NCBI GenBank assembly: GCA_904501955.1
Contig: CAJGCY010000001.1
Location: 7,914 to 71,913 of the forward strand
Direction of reading: 5' to 3'
DNA: 64,000 nt
DNA from: an uncultured Akkermansia sp.
GTDB lineage: Bacteria; Verrucomicrobiota; Verrucomicrobiia; Verrucomicrobiales; Akkermansiaceae
Shown: in pieces, positions 62,353-64,000 of the stretch
Layout: every line of letters starts with the position of its first letter
Numbering within the stretch: the stretch's first letter is position 1
Position numbers and translations under genes: made by a program
Notes under the pieces: model-generated
The model's input: the letters and a program-made list of their open reading frames with translations, nothing else
What the model was told of the DNA's origin: nothing
Databases searched by the model: none

Positions 62353-64000
62353 ATGATGTTGAAACCTCGTTTTTTCCTTTCAACGGCATTGAGCCTCGTA
62401 TGCGCAGCGCTTTCTACCGCCACTGCGGAGGATGTGCTCACTTGGGTGGGAGGCAAGAAAGCGAAGTGGATGCTAGACAGTCCCCTTGGCTGGGCAGAGG
62501 CGCAGACTTTCACCGCGGGCAGCTCCGTATTATTCAACACCAAGGGCTCCGTGACGATTGCCGGAGAAGTTGCGCCTGCCGATATCGTGGTGGACATCGC
62601 GAAAGCACTTGCGTTCAAAACATCATACAACAAGAAAACCTCCACCTACAGCGGAGCTATCACCGGGGAGGCATCACTGACCAAGCGAGGCAACGCGACT
62701 TTGACGCTCAATCAGTTCAACACCTACTCCGGAGGCACTTGGCTGGAAGCCGGCACGCTGAAAGCCACCTCCGCGACCTCATTCGGCTCAGGGGATATCA
62801 CGCTTCAGGGTGGCACGCTGCATCTGAACAGTAAAGCCATTGGCAACGACATCAACCTTGACGGCGTTGCTGCTGCGACCAAAGGAAAGAACTACAGGGG
62901 TGTATTCACGCTGCAAAGTGGAGAGCTACTCAAAGGCTCCCTGCTTAATATCCGTGATGAAGCCACGCTGCTGGGTGGCACCATAAGCGGCACGCTCAGC
63001 GGTGCCGGTTCTGTACGGGTATGCGGTGAGGTAGCAATATCCACCACCGGCAAATTAACGGTGGATGAGCTCCTGATAGAAGACAGACTCACGGCCTCAT
63101 CCAAAGGCTTGCAGATGAACGCAAAAAGCTCAGTCATCACCATTGATGCCGCAAGCTTCATTTCCGCCGGCAAAGTGAGCGCTTACTCCCTGCAAATGAC
63201 GGATGGCTCAGCAGAATTACTGGGTGAAAAATCCGCAGCTTTGACACTCAAAGATGTGCTGCATATTCGCAAGGGCAGTGACTTGTTACTCAACGGGAAA
63301 CTGAGCAGCGGCTCACTCATTCTGACAGACAGCACTCTCAGGCTCCGCGCAGCTGCGCCGCAAAGCGTCAGCATCAAAAATGACGCGGTCATTCACAATA
63401 GTGATATGCAGGTGAACGGCAAAATGACCGTCGGCAATCTCGGCATGGAGCACGCTACTCTCTACCTAACGGATGTCAGCGCCAAGCATAAAGCTCAAAA
63501 CCTGACCTGCAAGGGCATGCTGCATTTGGCGGAGGGTGCAAGTATCTCTCTGAACGGTAAGCTCACGACTAAAGACCTGAAAGTCAGTTCATACAGCCAT
63601 GCAAGCCTTAATTTCACGTCCACCAAGTTCAGCACCATTACGGTGAACAATTCGCTCACCATCTTCGGAACACTGGATTTGAACCTCTGCTGCGATTTGC
63701 AGCCGGGCAAGGAAGTAAAGCTATTCACCTTCAAAACATTCGCCGGTGATTCCTCTCATCTTCTTACCCTGCTGGGCTTGGAGGATGCCGGGGTCGAGCT
63801 CAAACTGAACAAAAAGCACATCTCCATGGAGATTGTGGACGTAAAGCAGTGGGATGCTTACGTGGCGGAAAACTTGGAGGAATGGGAGGAAACCATACCG
63901 GAGCAAGTGCTTGCAAGCACCCCTGCACCGTTGACGGCTTCCATTGAGCCACTGCTGGCGAAGGTGGCGGATGCGCTGGTGCAAAGCACTTGGGGCACGG
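62353..64000 (+). CDS. Autotransporter-like beta-helical surface protein (3' end runs off the window)
   Basis: Manual translation: MMLKPRFFLSTALSLVCAALSTATA (signal peptide), PATR repeat SLTKRGNATLTLNQFNTYSGGTWLEAGTL, recurring (N)GK(L/V/M)(T/S) units. Frame is open to the window end. Confidence 0.85.
   Translation, partial: MMLKPRFFLSTALSLVCAALSTATAEDVLTWVGGKKAKWMLDSPLGWAEAQTFTAGSSVLFNTKGSVTIAGEVAPADIVVDIAKALAFKTSYNKKTSTYSGAITGEASLTKRGNATLTLNQFNTYSGGTWLEAGTLKATSATSFGSGDITLQGGTLHLNSKAIGNDINLDGVAAATKGKNYRGVFTLQSGELLKGSLLNIRDEATLLGGTISGTLSGAGSVRVCGEVAISTTGKLTVDELLIEDRLTASSKGLQMNAKSSVITIDAASFISAGKVSAYSLQMTDGSAELLGEKSAALTLKDVLHIRKGSDLLLNGKLSSGSLILTDSTLRLRAAAPQSVSIKNDAVIHNSDMQVNGKMTVGNLGMEHATLYLTDVSAKHKAQNLTCKGMLHLAEGASISLNGKLTTKDLKVSSYSHASLNFTSTKFSTITVNNSLTIFGTLDLNLCCDLQPGKEVKLFTFKTFAGDSSHLLTLLGLEDAGVELKLNKKHISMEIVDVKQWDAYVAENLEEWEETIPEQVLASTPAPLTASIEPLLAKVADALVQSTWGT

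Overview
Core-chromosome segment from a Gram-negative bacterium that is most likely Verrucomicrobiota (Akkermansiaceae-like). This is an inference from the 131-aa ATP synthase delta, the DnaA 'RDHGTV' signature, a DUF5069-like protein, secreted ankyrin/Sel1 proteins and a PATR autotransporter. Housekeeping genes: pgk, menD-menB-menC, atpBEFHAGDC, thiL, dnaA, tatA, aroA, dnaG, bioD, cdaA, hemB, aroK, rpoN, cmk, plsC, recF, lpxK, an ABC-F and a cyclophilin. I found no rRNA, tRNA, CRISPR array, transposase or prophage. Most notable: (1) a three-gene TRAFAC-GTPase / GAP1-like / membrane coiled-coil locus resembling a degenerate GTPase-centred ternary conflict system (30094-35358); (2) an RND pump whose adaptor is a natural tandem fusion of two membrane-fusion proteins; (3) a cobalamin riboswitch upstream of a BtuB-like receptor, a family-5 solute-binding protein and TonB; (4) about ten promoters placed to give leaderless or near-leaderless mRNAs; (5) CdaA with a TM-only mini-CdaR; (6) a densely palindromic ~110-nt intergenic element. 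All family calls come from reading motifs by eye; no database search was run.
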